Of a DNA stretch of 62,411 nt, positions 38,860 through 52,350 are shown piece by piece. The notes under the pieces are model-generated. The model saw only the letters and a list, made by a program, of their open reading frames with translations. It was not told where the DNA came from and did not search any database. The stretch is from Octopus bimaculoides (Eukaryota). The DNA is taken from contig NC_068994.1 of the NCBI RefSeq assembly GCF_001194135.2, forward strand, positions 5,169,088-5,231,498, written 5' to 3'. Within the stretch, counting starts at the first letter, position 1, and every line of letters starts with the position of its first letter. The position numbers were made by a program, and so were the translations under genes.

Positions 38860-39420
38860 AACACCAGCCATGACTACGATTTCATACTGGCTTCATTTCT
38901 TTCAAGCCTATGCATGTCCTCAGCAGTCACAGCCCATGTTTCACTGCCATGTAGCATGGTTGTTCACACATAGGCATCATACAGTCTGCTTTTCACTCTG
39001 AGAGAGAGGTCTCTGTTGCCAGCAGAGGTAGGAGCTCTCTGAACTTTGCCCAGCCTAATCTTATTCTCACAGCCATGCTCTTGGAGCATTCACCTCCGCT
39101 ACTGTCTTGGTCACCTAGATAACGGAAGCTATTTACTACCTCTAGCTTGCCCCCTGGCAGTTGGAGTCTATCTTCTGCACATTTCCAGCATTTATTGTAC
39201 CTGCGCATCTTCCATATACGAAAGATATTTTCCCTGTTAACCTTCTTCTGATATTGCTGCACCTTTTATGTGTCCTAAGCTTACACTAGGTGCATCTTAT
39301 GGAGTTTCTATCTACAGCTTTTCTACAGATTGAGCAGGGCCATCTTTCTGAAGGGATTTGTGATTTGTCTGCCTTCCTACTTACTAGGTCAGTGGTTTTT
39401 GCAAGGTTAACACTAAGGTT
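38860..39420 (-). mobile_element. RTE LINE fragment
   Basis: ORF 38993-39262: GKLEVVNSFRYLGDQDSSGGECSKSMAVRIRLGWAKFRELLPLLAT, continuing with frameshifts into the LYDAC..ETWAVTAED..LERNEAS region. Confidence 0.85.
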
Positions 39421-39478
39421 AACATTTTTATTCATTTTCAATATCTACTTACTCGTGTAGTACTTTTACAAATCTTTT

Positions 39479-39534
<56 letters not shown>

Positions 39535-40699
39535 TACATACACTTACACAGATTGTTGTACATGGATAAATAAAATACAAACAGAAGCCACAAGCTAGAA
39601 GCCTGTATGTAGTCAAGCAACCTGTTAGAAATAGCAGTCATATCTTCCTTAAATCAGATCCTACTATCTCAAATAAGGGAAGAACATATTGGATAATCAT
39701 GTAATTATAGGCTTAAATAACGAATACATATGAACATATGTGTGCACACACAAGTTCCACAGACAAACATGTCTATATCTAACTCAACCACACCCCTCTT
39801 CTGAGCCAACAAGGTCTCTAGAAGCTATGAGCTGTGCAACTCTCCCCTGTCATTGTTCTCCTCCTCCTCCTCCTCTTCTCCCACATGCAAGACCTACCCA
39901 TATACCTTGCACTTGGTGCCCCCTTCCTGCTATAGTCTGAACCTGCAACAACACCTCCATCACTATCACAAGTGGCTCAGCTGTCAATGAATAGATCATA
40001 ACCAATGAGTCGGACAATCCTATATTAGTCTAGTTAAACATTGCTGACAGGAAATAGTTTCTGAACCACAACCTCCTCTCTTCTTCTTTCTCAATCCATA
40101 ATGAGAACATACACACATACACATATCCTTCTATTTTACGTGCAGAAGTGCAGAGTGGAACCATAAATATATGTATGATATATATATATACACACTCACA
40201 CCAAACCTATCAAAACTTCAAGAAAGAAAGTAAAATACAAAGGCAATAAAAGAAAGTTTTAAAAATTGGGTAAAAAGTGAAATATAGTACTAGTTGCCAT
40301 CAATGAGATAACATTAATCTGTGTGTGTGATACATATATGTATATATATATATGTATCTAGAAAAGGATACATAACTCTGCTGCCATCTGAGATATGGTC
40401 ATTGCTTAACATGCAGAAAAGCTATTTGTAGAGATTCTATATTGTTTACCAAATGTGAACGATGGGTGCCCAAAGTTTGAAATGACATAATGACAGCCAA
40501 GGGAAAGGAAGGAATTTGTAAATAGCGGATGCACAGCAGTAGTTAGCAGGAAGGACAGCCATAAAATGAATTCTTTCAAATACCTGGTAAGATCTCTAAA
40601 AGTGGTACACAATGTCTGTACCCAGGTGACCTATTCAACAGTACTGGGTGTTCTGAAAACACCATAGATAGACTATGAGAGTGGTTTAGTTCAGAGAGC

Positions 40700-41440
40700 T
40701 ATTAACTCTATTAGCATCAAAGGGACTGGCTCACTGAGTGAAAGGCAAAATTGTATGATGCTTACGTGAGAAGCAGAAAGTTGCATGATAGTGAAACATG
40801 ACACTAAATGTGGAGGGTATATAATGGTTGGAAAGAAGTGAGACTGACATATTTTGCTTGATGTACAGTGTTAAAGTGTATAAGAGAGCACAAATGAGTT
40901 GAAAGGAAAACTGGCATGAGAGGAATCGGATGTAGTGTACATCAGAGAAGACTGTGCTGCTATGAAGATGTGATGTGTATGGAGGAAGACTGTTGGGTAA
41001 AGAAGTATCAAGCACTACAAGAGGAAGATTGAGCAAGACATGGTAGAAGTGGTGAATGCTGATCTTAAGTGGTTGAACCTTATGAAACAGACGATGAAGA
41101 AGTGCAAGATGTGTTGAGGCATTGACCTGAGAAAACTCATTCACTGTATCTAAGTAGAGACGAATAAGCATACAAGATTATACTGGTGCCAGGTAAAAAT
41201 CACCTGTGCTGGTGCCACATAATGAGCACTTGTGTTGATGTCACATGACAAACAAGTGTGTTGGTGCTATGTAAAAGGACCCAGTATGCTTTGTAAAGTG
41301 GCTGGTGTTAGGAAGGGCATCCAGCCGTAGAAACCATGCCGAAACAGACAATAGGAGCCTGATGCAACTCTCCCGCCTTGCCAGCTCCTGTCGAACCGTC
41401 CAACCCATGCCAACATGGAAAGCAGACATTAAGATGTTGA
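40700..41440 (+). mobile_element. RTE LINE 3' fragment: decayed ORF end, 25-bp repeats and 3'UTR
   Basis: Decayed LLASKGL..VKG.LYDA.VR...LH.SETW frame runs into GCTGGTGCCAC repeats and the GTTAGGAAGGGCATCCAGCCGTAGAAACCATGCC...CCCATGCCAACATGG tail. Confidence 0.8.
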
Positions 41441-42799
41441 ATGTTATCTACCCCAGGAGTAAGGAAAATATCTGCACCCTGGGGAAGCTGGAGATAGCTT
41501 GTGGTGGCAACAAAGTTGATGAGATGTAAGAAGTTTTGGCAGAGCTGTCTGGCATTTCTGATTCAATGCTGACTTATTTGACAGCAGACGTTTAAATGCT
41601 TCTCTTGTTCTCTCTCCCTGTTTATGCATGTGGGCATATTTCTCTTTACGTGTATGAGGAGAGGAAAAGTGTTTATGCTAATTGTGTTCTATTAATAAAC
41701 TGTAATGTCTCTCTCACTCTATCTGTATATGTGTATATATTTCTGTGCATGTGTGTGCACATGTGTGTTTGCCTCCAGCACCAAAGTGTACTGCTGGCAA
41801 AACAGGCTGAAAGCTTAGTCAGCTGTGCCACATCATCAGCATCCAAACAGCTGCACCCATTTGTTTCATTGTTAGAAGAGAGTCCTAGCTAAAAACAGAA
41901 ATTGGTAGTGTTGCTTTTGACTACTAACCAATGTTGATATCTTCTGCTCAGTTCTGTTTCTGCTGACCGAACAGTTAAGAACAATCCATAAATTAAATAT
42001 CTAAGTGTATGAGTTGAATTATTGAAAATATTGTAACTTTCCACTCGACCGATTTAATCAGTGGCAGGACAAGACGAAAAGAAAGCAGTTGAATGTGGAA
42101 GGATTTCTACTCAATGTAAAAAAAAACCCTTACGAAATTCCACAGAGAATTTTGTCAGGTATTTTGCAGAGTTTGCAGATCCATGAGATCAACGTATTCT
42201 ATGATAGAAAGAGGAGGTCTGGAAAAATTGAGGACAATAAGAAAATAAATAGAGAGGCAAATAAATCCTATTCTTTCACTTTTATATAAGTTAGAGCAAG
42301 AGGAGGATGGAGGAGGTGGGGGATGGGGGCAATGCTCTAGACTGTTGCAAACTCTCCTCTATCTCTTGTCCTTGACTGGTGAGACTGATGTCATTGATAC
42401 CCAGCCTGAACATCTGCTGTTTAATATAGGTGGCTGGAGAGCAAATGAGGAGGAAGTCTGGCTCTGAAAGCATGTGACGGAGTGACAAAAAGAACTCCAC
42501 TAAAAGCAAGCAAGGAGCAGGTGGAGAATTTAAACTGACGACTTACAACAATACACACACACACACACACAGCTGTAGTATGATGGAATGATTAAGAAGA
42601 GTATTTTGCAACTACAAAGTCCTGGGTTCAAATGCACTGCAAAGCATCTTGAGTAAATATCATTTTTTAATAGACTCAATTTNNNNNNNNNNATAGACTC
42701 AATTTGACCCATATCTTGAGAGTGAAATTAGGTAGAAGGAAAATGTATAGAAGTCTCTTGTTGGATGGATCGTACCTGCAATTCAAAGGTACGCTCTAT

Positions 42800-43145
42800 C
42801 ACACTGATTCTGCCATCCAACAAGAGACTTGCGTGGTACCTTAGGCAAGTGTCTTCTACTAATACCTCAAGCCAATCAAAGCCTTGCAAATGGATTTGGT
42901 AGATAGAAACTGGAAGAAGCCTGTTGTATAAATATATATTTGTGTGTGTTTGTTTGTTCCCCGCCATCACTTGACGACTGATGCTGGTGTGTTTATGTCT
43001 CCATAACTTAGTAGTTCAGCAAGAGACTGATAGAATAAGTATTAGGCTTACAAAGAATAAGTCCTGGGGTTGATTTCTTCGACTAACACCCTGCGCCAAC
43101 ATGGCTGCAGTCAAATGACTGAAACAAGCAAAAAGAATAAAAACA
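42800..43145 (+). mobile_element. SINE, same family as 54881 (other partial copies near 1290-1470, 16690-16960, 29340-29480, 44160-44375, 57000-57120, 62140-62240)
   Basis: GGCAAGTGTCTTCTACTA...GGATTTGGTAGATAGAAACTGG...(TG)n...CATGGCTGCAGTCAAATGACTGAAACAAG. Confidence 0.7.
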
Positions 43146-43159
43146 AAAAGTATCTTTTT

Positions 43160-43515
43160 ATATAAAAAGGTAAAGACCCCCTTTTAGTCAAGAATGACCT
43201 TGAGGTTGCACCTAGAAAGTTACCCTCTAAGGCACAAATCTGGGCAAGGTTGTTTATGGGAGACCAGCAATCGCCCGTGCATACCAGCTTCCTGTCTCCC
43301 CACCACTGATATGTTATCCCAGGGAAAGGCGAAGGGGCTGATACAGTTTGGCACCGGTGACAAAGCAACTCATTTCTACAGCTGAGTGAACTGGAGCAAC
43401 ATGAAAAAGTAAAGTGCCTTGCTCGAGAACAAAACACACAGCCTGGTCCAGGAATTGAACTCACTTCCTCATAACTGTGAGCCTGATGCTCTATTTACTG
43501 AGCCATGAACTTTCA
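43160..43515 (-). mobile_element. tRNA-derived SINE (same head and core, different 3' body)
   Basis: Shares CAACTCATTTCTACAGCTGAGTGAACTGGAGCA...AAAGTGCCTTGCTC core; body CTAGAAAGTTACCCTC...GGGAAAGGC; second copy at 45740-46070. Confidence 0.75.
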
Positions 43516-43640
43516 CGGAAATGGTTGAGGGTTAGAAAATCCGCTGCAATGAACTTTGTTTCACACATGCAGTCATGGAAAAGTGGATGTTAGAATAACG
43601 ATAATGACACACACACACACACACGCACTTCTTGATTTGA

Positions 43641-43832
43641 TCCTTTAGAATTCAGTTTTCTCAGCCACACGTAGAACTTGTTTCTTCACATTGTTTTGAA
43701 GCATCTCATATTTTCAAGATTTTGATGATGTAAGTGTTTATTTTTAGAACGACATTGTAGGATAGGTGTGAGAGGACAAACCTAGCTGTTTGAATATTTG
43801 GGCTGCATATGGCCAGTTTAAATGCTAAAGGG
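43641..43832 (-). mobile_element. TTAA-flanked (piggyBac-like) MITE, inverted homolog of 18435-18655
   Basis: Ends TTGA-TCCTTTAGAATTCAG and AATGCTAAAGGG-TTAA; shared interior CTCACACCT(G/A)(C/T)CCTACAATGTC(A/G)TTCTA. Confidence 0.6.
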
Positions 43833-45739
43833 TTAAATAAGATAGTTTGTTATATTTCAGATATACTATGAGAAAAGTAAAAGGGTTGGCTATTCATACA
43901 GCTAATGTGATATATCTTATTCCGAGCCAGTGAGGGGAAAGGGGCACTATCAGGCTACCCGACCTGCTAGAAATAGCAGCAAATTTGCCAAACACACACA
44001 ATCATGTTTAAAAAAGGGACACGTTTGATGATATAGCCCTAAATATACACACACAAAGACAAAATGACTAAGGATGGAATGTCTTTGACTATAAGTTTAC
44101 TTGATAAGGGCTAATCTGGCTTGGAACAAGAACTTGAAGAGAGTAAAGGAGATTTAGCATAAGTGTGTATGTGTGTGTGTGTTTGTCCCCACGTCCCCTC
44201 ACTGCATGACAGCTGGTATTGTGTGTTTATGTCCCCATAACTTAGTGGTTTGGACTTATTTTCTAGTACTACTAGAAAATAAGTCCTAGTGTCGGTTCGT
44301 TCAACTAAAACCCCTCAAGGTGGTGCTCCAGCATGGCTGCAGTCAGATGACTGAAACCAGTAAAAGAAAACACACACACATGTATAGGATGGGAGATGGC
44401 AATTCAAATTCTGCTTAGGTCAACTTGACATCCTATTTGTCCAGCAGAGATAAAAATAATACCAGTAATCCTGCAAGGGAGTATGAAAATGAAGAGCAAC
44501 ATTCAAGATCTTCAGATAGCAGGTAAGAGATTAAAGGCTTCTGTAGGAGGAGGAGGAGGAGGAGCAGTAGGAGAGTTCCAAGATTGCTGTCAGGGGTCAA
44601 TGAGAGTGACTAATCCCTAAACTAAACAAGGGAGCTTTATATAAATAAATGCTGTGGGTTAAGTATAGTGGGTATAGCGAGAGAAGCTTCCTTGCAAGAA
44701 TCAATAAAACTATATAATATCTACAGTGAAACTAGTTCACTTCAGGGTAGTCTTTTATTGTCAGCCTGTGATAGACTGCTACAGCTACTATGACTAACAA
44801 CAACAACAACAACAACCAATTACTGCTGCTGATGTCATAACCTGCCTCCTTCCCCCTTATAATTATTATTACTATTATTACTGCTACAACGCCCAGTGAC
44901 ACAACCACTGTCACCGCAACCACCACCACCACCACTGCTGTTACAATCACTAGCATGGGTTATCCTAGCCTGATAGTCCAGCCTAGCCCAGTAGTTTTTA
45001 AACTGACAAAATGCCAGCCACCCCGCCACTATCAAGTATTAGTGAAAATTCGTTCCCCACCCCATTATTTTTTATAAATGGGATGATGGAAGTTTTTGCA
45101 TCCGAATGTCTTTCTTTGCCAGTGTTGGACAAGTTTAAAATGTTTAAAACCATCATAATTTTATTAAACATGGGTACTTGGTCCTCCCCCTTTCCATTCC
45201 TCGTAGGTGACTCCATAAGTGGTCCCCACCTCATGAGAACTGCTGTTATAGCCAAGTCTCGGGCTAAAAATATTACAGTAACACCAAATATCACAGAACT
45301 AACTCACTGAATACAAGAGGCAGTTTTTATTGATGTGTGTCTTAGACAATTCAGTTACACACACACACACTATTATTCCTGGCACTTACATAATTTCTAA
45401 TATAGGTATAAGGTCACACATTTGAGCGGGAAGGAGAAGTTGATAATAACAACCCCAATATTTGGTACTTTCTCTTATCAACCATGAAAGGCAAAGTTGA
45501 CCCCAGTGGGATTTGAACTCAGAACATGAAGCATCATAAATAAAAACTGCAAAGCATTTTGTCTGTCTGATGTTCTAAGGATGATTCAGCCAACCCACCA
45601 GCTTAACAAGTTTATTTTCCATTTTTTACTTTATAAAGCTAGGGTTCCCTGGTAAATCCTATGGCTGGTAGTCTCCCCAATTGGTGTTGCCCATCACCCA
45701 ACAGCCACAGTTATTTCAACCACCCCTGCCACTGACAGC

Positions 45740-46070
45740 CATCAGCGTAAAGACTCCCTTCAGTTGTGAATGATCATGGGATTGGACCGAGAAAGTTACC
45801 CTCTGAAGCACAAGTCTGGGCACAGCTGTTTATGGAAGACCAGCATACCAGCCTCCCCTCCCCATGCCACTGATGTTATCCAAGGGAAAGGCAAAGGGGC
45901 CGATACAGCTTGGCACCAGTGATGTTGCAACTCATTTCTACAGCTGAGTGAACTGGAGCAGCATGAAAATAAAGTGCCTTGCTCAAGAACACAACACACA
46001 GCCCGGTCTGGGAATCGAACTCGCTACCTCATGATTGTGAGCCTGATGCTCTAGCCATGCGCCTTCACAC
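45740..46070 (-). mobile_element. tRNA-derived SINE, same family as 43160-43515
   Basis: Direct alignment with the 43 kb copy; head ends GCCATGCGCCTTCAC on the plus strand. Confidence 0.75.
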
Positions 46071-46834
46071 TGACAGTTATCACCACTACTATATTGTTAT
46101 TTCTAGCAAGTTGAGTGATTGCACAGAAGCTCCTTCACTGGCTTATAACCTGTACACTTCAGTTGGTGGAGCATCAGACCACTTTTATAGTACCGACAGT
46201 CATCATCACTGCTATAAACAGTTTGATGGTTCACCAACTGAAGTGCACAGACCATGAGGCAATGAAGGGACTCCTGTACAATCACTCAACTCGTTAGAAA
46301 TAACAGTCAAATACCTTCAAATCAAACCCTACCGTCTTAAAAAAAATGTAAGATAGATCAGACAACATAATCCTAGATGCGAAAAAAGGATGGAATGGCT
46401 ACGGCTGAACTCTCTTGCTCATTGGTCTGCTGACTCAAGGCTGACACGGGGCTAAACAGTGACAACAGACCACCATCACCATCACCACTATCACTACTAC
46501 CACCATCACCACTTACTACAAATATTGACACAATAAATCAACATAGAGTAGTAGTCTTCTATGTTTAGAGATCAAATCCAGCTGGAGTTGGCATTTCAGA
46601 ATCAATGAATTGAATACCAGTCATATACTGAGTTAATGCAAGTTGCTATATCACTTTCCCTTTCTTATTGATTTGGTCTGGGAAGAAGGGGCAATGCTTT
46701 GGCCTTTGCAGACCCACAGAACAAGACCAGTGAGATGAATGTTCCACTTGAATTGCTAACTTTTGATGATTGCAGGAAAGACATGGGGCCGGAGGGAATT
46801 TGAGCGGGCTGATGTTCAATGTGGGGGAAAAACT

Positions 46835-47162
46835 CTGAGAGTTCCATCAGTTATGAGGCTGGAGAGTTCCAGTTGATCTGATCAACAGAACATCCAGCTT
46901 GTGAAAAGATGTGTAAGTGGCTGAGCACCCCACAGATATGCGTACCCTTAACATAGTTCACAAGGAGATTCAGAGTGACCCAGAATGTGACAAGGCTGTC
47001 CCCTTTGAATTACAGGTACAACTCATTTTTTGCCAGCTGGTTAAACTGGGGCAATGTGAAATAAAGTGTCTTGCTCAGGGACACAATGTGTGGCCAGGAA
47101 TTGATCTCACAACCTAATGATTGTGAGCTGCATGCCCCTAACCATCAGGCCACGTGCCTTCA
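46835..47162 (-). mobile_element. tRNA-derived SINE, same family as 27064-27375
   Basis: Its reverse complement aligns over the full length with the 27 kb copy, with CpG-to-TpG/CpA changes. Confidence 0.8.
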
Positions 47163-47849
47163 CTTGAGGAGGAAAGACTGAATGAAATGATAAATGCAGA
47201 ACCTGAAGAGGAGAGCATAATAAGGGCGAGATGAGATGTACATAAGCGGAAATTGCATGGGACTAGCCAGCTGCATACAGCAGAAGTCACTGTAATAGAA
47301 GTAGGAAAGATAAAGAAAGGAGACAACCATGTTTATAGCGTACATTGGGGAGCAATTTTAGGTGTCTTTTTAGCAGGGGGGATAGTTTGTTAAGGATGTT
47401 CGTATGTGTAGCTGCAGCACTGTCTCAAATGTAGGAGATGCATACCAGACATACCATTGTTACATAATGAAGATGACTACACAGTGACACTTTAAACAAA
47501 CACAGTGTAGCAGTGTTTTGATGAGATGGTCGAAACTCTGCCAGACGAATCTTCAAGTGTCATATTTTAAAATGTCACCATGATTTGTAACTAATCCAAA
47601 GGAAATCAAATATTTTGAGAATCAATGCTAGTGTCAGTTTTGTAGAGTCATTAAAGCATTGGATAGAATGGCTATTTGTTCTGACTCTGTACTCTATGTT
47701 CAAATCTCATTGAAGCCAACTTTGTTTTTTTATCCTTTCATTATCATCCCCAGTGGTGGGACTGTTGGCAAAATGTCAGAGCACTGACAGCATATCTTCA
47801 ACTCTATGCATCCTGTGTTCATATCTCATCTCTTTCTACTAAAGAAAAT

Positions 47850-48040
47850 AAGACTGGGTCCCATGTCAGTGCCACATTTAAAGCACCCAGTACACACTGT
47901 AAAGTGATTGGTGTTAGGAAGGGCATCCAGGCATAGAAACCATGCCACAATAGACAAGTGGAGCCTGGGGCAGCTCTGCAGCTCCTGTTGAACAATCTAA
48001 CCCATGCCAGCATGGAGAATAGACATTAAATGATGATCAT
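47850..48040 (+). mobile_element. RTE 3'UTR/SINE tail copy
   Basis: AAAGCACCCAGTACAC...TTAGGAAGGGCATCCAG...CCCATGCCAGCATGG...ATGATGAT. Confidence 0.75.
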
Positions 48041-51000
48041 TTTTCCTCCCAGAGGATGTGTTTCGTGCCTTAGATAAGCTATTATTATTATGTTGTGGTA
48101 TTTAGTTACAGCTTCTTACCTTCTGGTACCAGTGAGAGGGTGAATTAGATAACCCCCGTTCCCACAAATTTCTAACCTTGTGCTTTTGTTAGAAACATTA
48201 TGGTGATGATAGTGGTGCATCAGACAAAATGCCTTATGGTATTTGGTTATAACCATTTATACTTCAAGTTCAAATCCTGCCAAGGCTCACTTTGCCTTCC
48301 ACTCATTTGGAATAGCTAAAGTAAAAGTACCAGCCAAGAATTGAGGTAAATTTAATCACCCAACTGCTTCCTTCAAATTTGTAACCTTATGCCTATAGAT
48401 AAGAAAGTTTCATTCTTCATCATTCAGTGTTAAATTCCATGGATGGAGGTAATTAAAAAACAACACGACACCTGCTACAATACTGATCCTGTGTTAACCA
48501 ATGATCCCCTCTATCACCTGTACTGTTAATACTAACAGCGGTGTTGCTGTTTAGCACTGATTCGACAGACTTAAAGACATTTTAAACATGACCACCCCAT
48601 CAGACAGTGTTTCTACAACTACATCAACAAATCTAATGCTAATGACTTTTTCTCGACACTATATGTGTAATTTCGATTATAATCTAAATGTTATTGTTGT
48701 ATTCTATCAACTTATTCTATCTGTGACCATCCCATCTTAAATATCTAGAATTACATAATCCAATTTGTTCAGTTTTAAAGAGAATAGGATGTCATTTGGC
48801 AGTTGTTTGTAGCATGTCAAGTGATCTTATAGAGGCTCCTTTGTTGGCTCAGAAGTTAAATATAGCTTAAGATGGAATGATGTGAATTAAGGCAGGTTTG
48901 GCTGCTATTTCTAGTAAGTTAAACCACTATATAGACACTTTTCTCAGTATTGGCTGTAGTATCAGCAGTGTTACTATTGGCTGTAGTATCTGCAGTGTTG
49001 GTATTGGCTGCAATACTAAAAGTACCATTAATATCTCTAGTGTCTGCATTGACAACAATTGTTCTGTTAGTACTGAGCTGAAGTGTCTGTCATAACATGT
49101 TGGTATTGACTCTTGTCTATGCTGTGGCAATTTAGCAATGGTATAGATTATAGTGCTGATACTCACTACAATGCCTTCCTGTAAAGTTACTACAGAAGTG
49201 GATACAAGCGACTGGCTATTTAGTAGGTTGGTGTTGGATGTAGTATTTTGCAGTGTTACTGAGATAGAAACCTCAACTGGAGAGAGGAAGAAAGATACAG
49301 GAGTGAGTAAATATGTGTGAGAAGGACGTAGAGACAAGAGAAAGAGAGAGAGAGAGAAAAAAGAAATACATGTTTGAAAGACCAAAAAAAAAAAAAAAAA
49401 AAAGCCGAAGGAAAAGTATGTGAGAGAGAGAAAGAGCTGGAGGAGAGCAGAGGGATATAAAGAAACTACATACTTGAGTGCACCTGCGCTTTAAAGAGAG
49501 CAAAAGGTGTGAGATAATGAAATATAAATTCCTAACCAAGACAGAATATAAGTTTCACTCACACACACACACATCTTAAAATTGGAGATAGACAACTGCA
49601 GCTCTGTTATTGCCGATATTCATGGCAACTGAATAGAAACGTAGCATAATATGGTTTTGACATTTATACAATTACTTTGAAGTTTTGACAAATGCTATGT
49701 TTTCAAACAGTCAGTTTGATAAGGCGCCTTTAGCAAAACTTCGAAGTAATCGGCAACTTATTTTTTAACTTCTTTTAAAAATAATATTTGACTCTGTCTT
49801 ACATCGAGTCCTTTGTTTAATTATCGCTTCTTTGAATACTAGCATTTACCGATGAAAGAAAAAGGTAGTAATTACTATGATGCTCGAGTTTCGTGCATAG
49901 CATTTTTGTGAACGAATTATATGGATAATTGCAGTGAATTGAAGTTTTCAGCTCCCTGTATTACACGTTTTAAGTTTAGTTTTGAGAGAAAAAATACTTA
50001 TAGTGCTTTCAATATCAAAAATTAAACTATATAAACACGCACAGAAACACGACTGTTGGAGCAGCTATGAACTGAATACAGACAAAATGTATTTGGTTGA
50101 CGCTAAGAAGGGACAATCTGGCATAAAAAGAAACTAACCAAGAACAGACACGGTCACTTGATCTGCTGGAAACAGTAACCAAATCTTCAGATCAACTGCT
50201 GTCTTAAAAAAAAAAACGGGGAGATGAAATGTTTTTGATCATATATGTCTGCTCGGTCGGGAACAGACTTGGGGTTAAACAATAACACAGAAATAAATAT
50301 GTAAGTGTATGATCGGCAGTGCAGAATGTTGAAACACTGTGGTTTGTAAACCATCAAACTGTAACAGGTGTCTGTGTGTGTGTAAACATATATGTAAACA
50401 AAACGACAGTTCAGTATGCGTGTGTATGTACGCATGTATATGAATGTATATCTATAGATAAACGTTAGTAATTTCGAAAGCAGAACCCAGAGATGTGTTA
50501 ACCTTTGGCTGTCCGTGGTTTGGCAGGTGTATGTTAGAGTCGAACAAAATACCACACGGTATTTAGCTATGGTTCGTTACGTTTTAAGTTCAAACTCCAC
50601 CGACGTCAACATGCTGTAGCGATGAAATAAAGTTCCAGTCAAATAATACCGGGGACGATTTCATATTCTTATAAAGCATTCAAGATGTGAATGAAATTAT
50701 AATAGAAGACTAGGGTGCCTTATATGGTCGTTGGATCTGCTAGAAATAAGGCCTAATCTCTCCAAAAACAAAATGTATAGTTTAAAAAGTGTGTGTACGT
50801 GTGGGACACTTTGGGTTATGCAATTAGTCCCTATATATAAGGCGGAAAGGTCGTGGCTAGAATGGTTTCGACCAAAGGAGAAACAACACCAATCGGCGAC
50901 CTTTCGATACCAGTCCGAAATAGGCAAGATCGCCCCACCAATATAATCAATATACACAGGTAGAAAGCAATCTCTTTCTATGTCTAACGAAGAAAACTAT

Positions 51001-51310
51001 CAACTGTTTCCAGAGAAAATCGTCAGATGCGACTAAAATGTACCGGCATTGATGATATTTCACAACAATAACAACCTTAGTAATGAGTCTCCGATTGAAT
51101 GACAGACATGTCAGATAGAGCAACCAAATCTGCCTCAGTCACACCCAACCGTCTGAATAAAACAAAAGTGACACTGGATAGTGTAATACTAGATACAGTA
51201 AGGGGTGGTCAGGAATGGAACGGATCTGATTATAAATGTGCTCGATCAGTGCTGCTCTGAAAATAACATCAACCACAACAGTAAGTCTAGAACGAACGAG
51301 AGATACTCAC

Positions 51311-51400
51311 ACCTGTTGAAGCTGGTCAAGAAGGACGAGAACTGATGGCGATATTGTCAATTGCTGCCGCTAGATGGCACTGGACTATGTACGTGTGTAT
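51311..51400 (-). promoter_or_regulatory. Candidate distal first exon/promoter containing a CTCF-like motif (51365-51381)
   Basis: Donor CAGGT|GTGAGT at 51311/51310; TGCCGCTAGATGGCACT resembles the CTCF core consensus; CpG-rich unique sequence next to a long purine tract. Confidence 0.4.
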
Positions 51401-51439
51401 ACGTGAGCGCGTGTGTGTGTGTGTGTGTTTATGTATAAG

Positions 51440-52100
51440 AGACACTGACAGAGTGGGAGGTGATTTTTTTTTTGTGAAGAGGGGGGGGGAAAAGAAAGGT
51501 AAACGATCAATGTGAGGTGAGGGAAGAGTAATGTTCGCATTGAGACAGAGATAAAGAAGAAGTAAAAGAGGGGGAAGAAGTAGAAAGAGAAGAAATCTGG
51601 CGATGAAGAAGACATTGTGAGGGGGGGGGGTAGTGGTAAAAGAAAAGAGAAAGTGTATGTATGACAAAAGGGGAGGAGGGGTGATAGAAAGAAAGAGAGG
51701 GATTATTACGGGAATTTGAAAGGAGGAGTGACCTATATAAGTTTAAAGGGAGGTGTAGGAAGAGAAAAATGAGAGAGAAGTTTCAATGAGAAGAGTTTTT
51801 TTATCAGCTGAAAAAAGAGGGAGAGTGAAGAAGAGATGTTTGAAAGAGAGGGGTTTGATAAAAGTCTGAAAGAAGTCTTGAAAAAAATAGAAATAGGAGA
51901 GAAAGAGAAGCAATTGAAAAAGAAAGAGAGAGAGAGAGTCTAATGTTAAAATTTATTTCGCGCGGGAGTAAGAGGGAGGAAAATTATATTTGTGAAAGTG
52001 GGTTGTATTTATAATTTTAAAGTTTAGAGAAAGAGGATGAGTTTGTGAGAATAATGAAGGGAATTAAACCGAAGCGATTGAATAAAGGAAGTGAGAAAAT

Positions 52101-52139
<39 letters not shown>

Positions 52140-52350
52140 GAGAGAGTCAAGGGAGCGACGGAATAAAAGATGCAAAGAAAGTAATGTGAGAGAGGAAGAG
52201 AATGGAGAGGTGACATTTACATTGAGGTTGGGAAAGAGATAGAGAAATGAAGAATAAGAGGGTGAGAAGGAGGAGAGAGAGAGAGAGAGAGAGAGGGTGG
52301 AAATGTGGTGAGAGCGGGAAAAGAGGAGGAGGAGGAGGAGAAAGAGAACT
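51440..52350. repeat. About 900-bp purine-rich (GA) low-complexity tract
   Basis: The plus strand is dominated by A/G with (GA)n runs. Confidence 0.8.

Noticed and set aside
42670-42705. Direct repeat ATAGACTCAATTT flanking a 10-N gap
   Set aside because: Most likely an unmerged contig overlap, not a target-site duplication.
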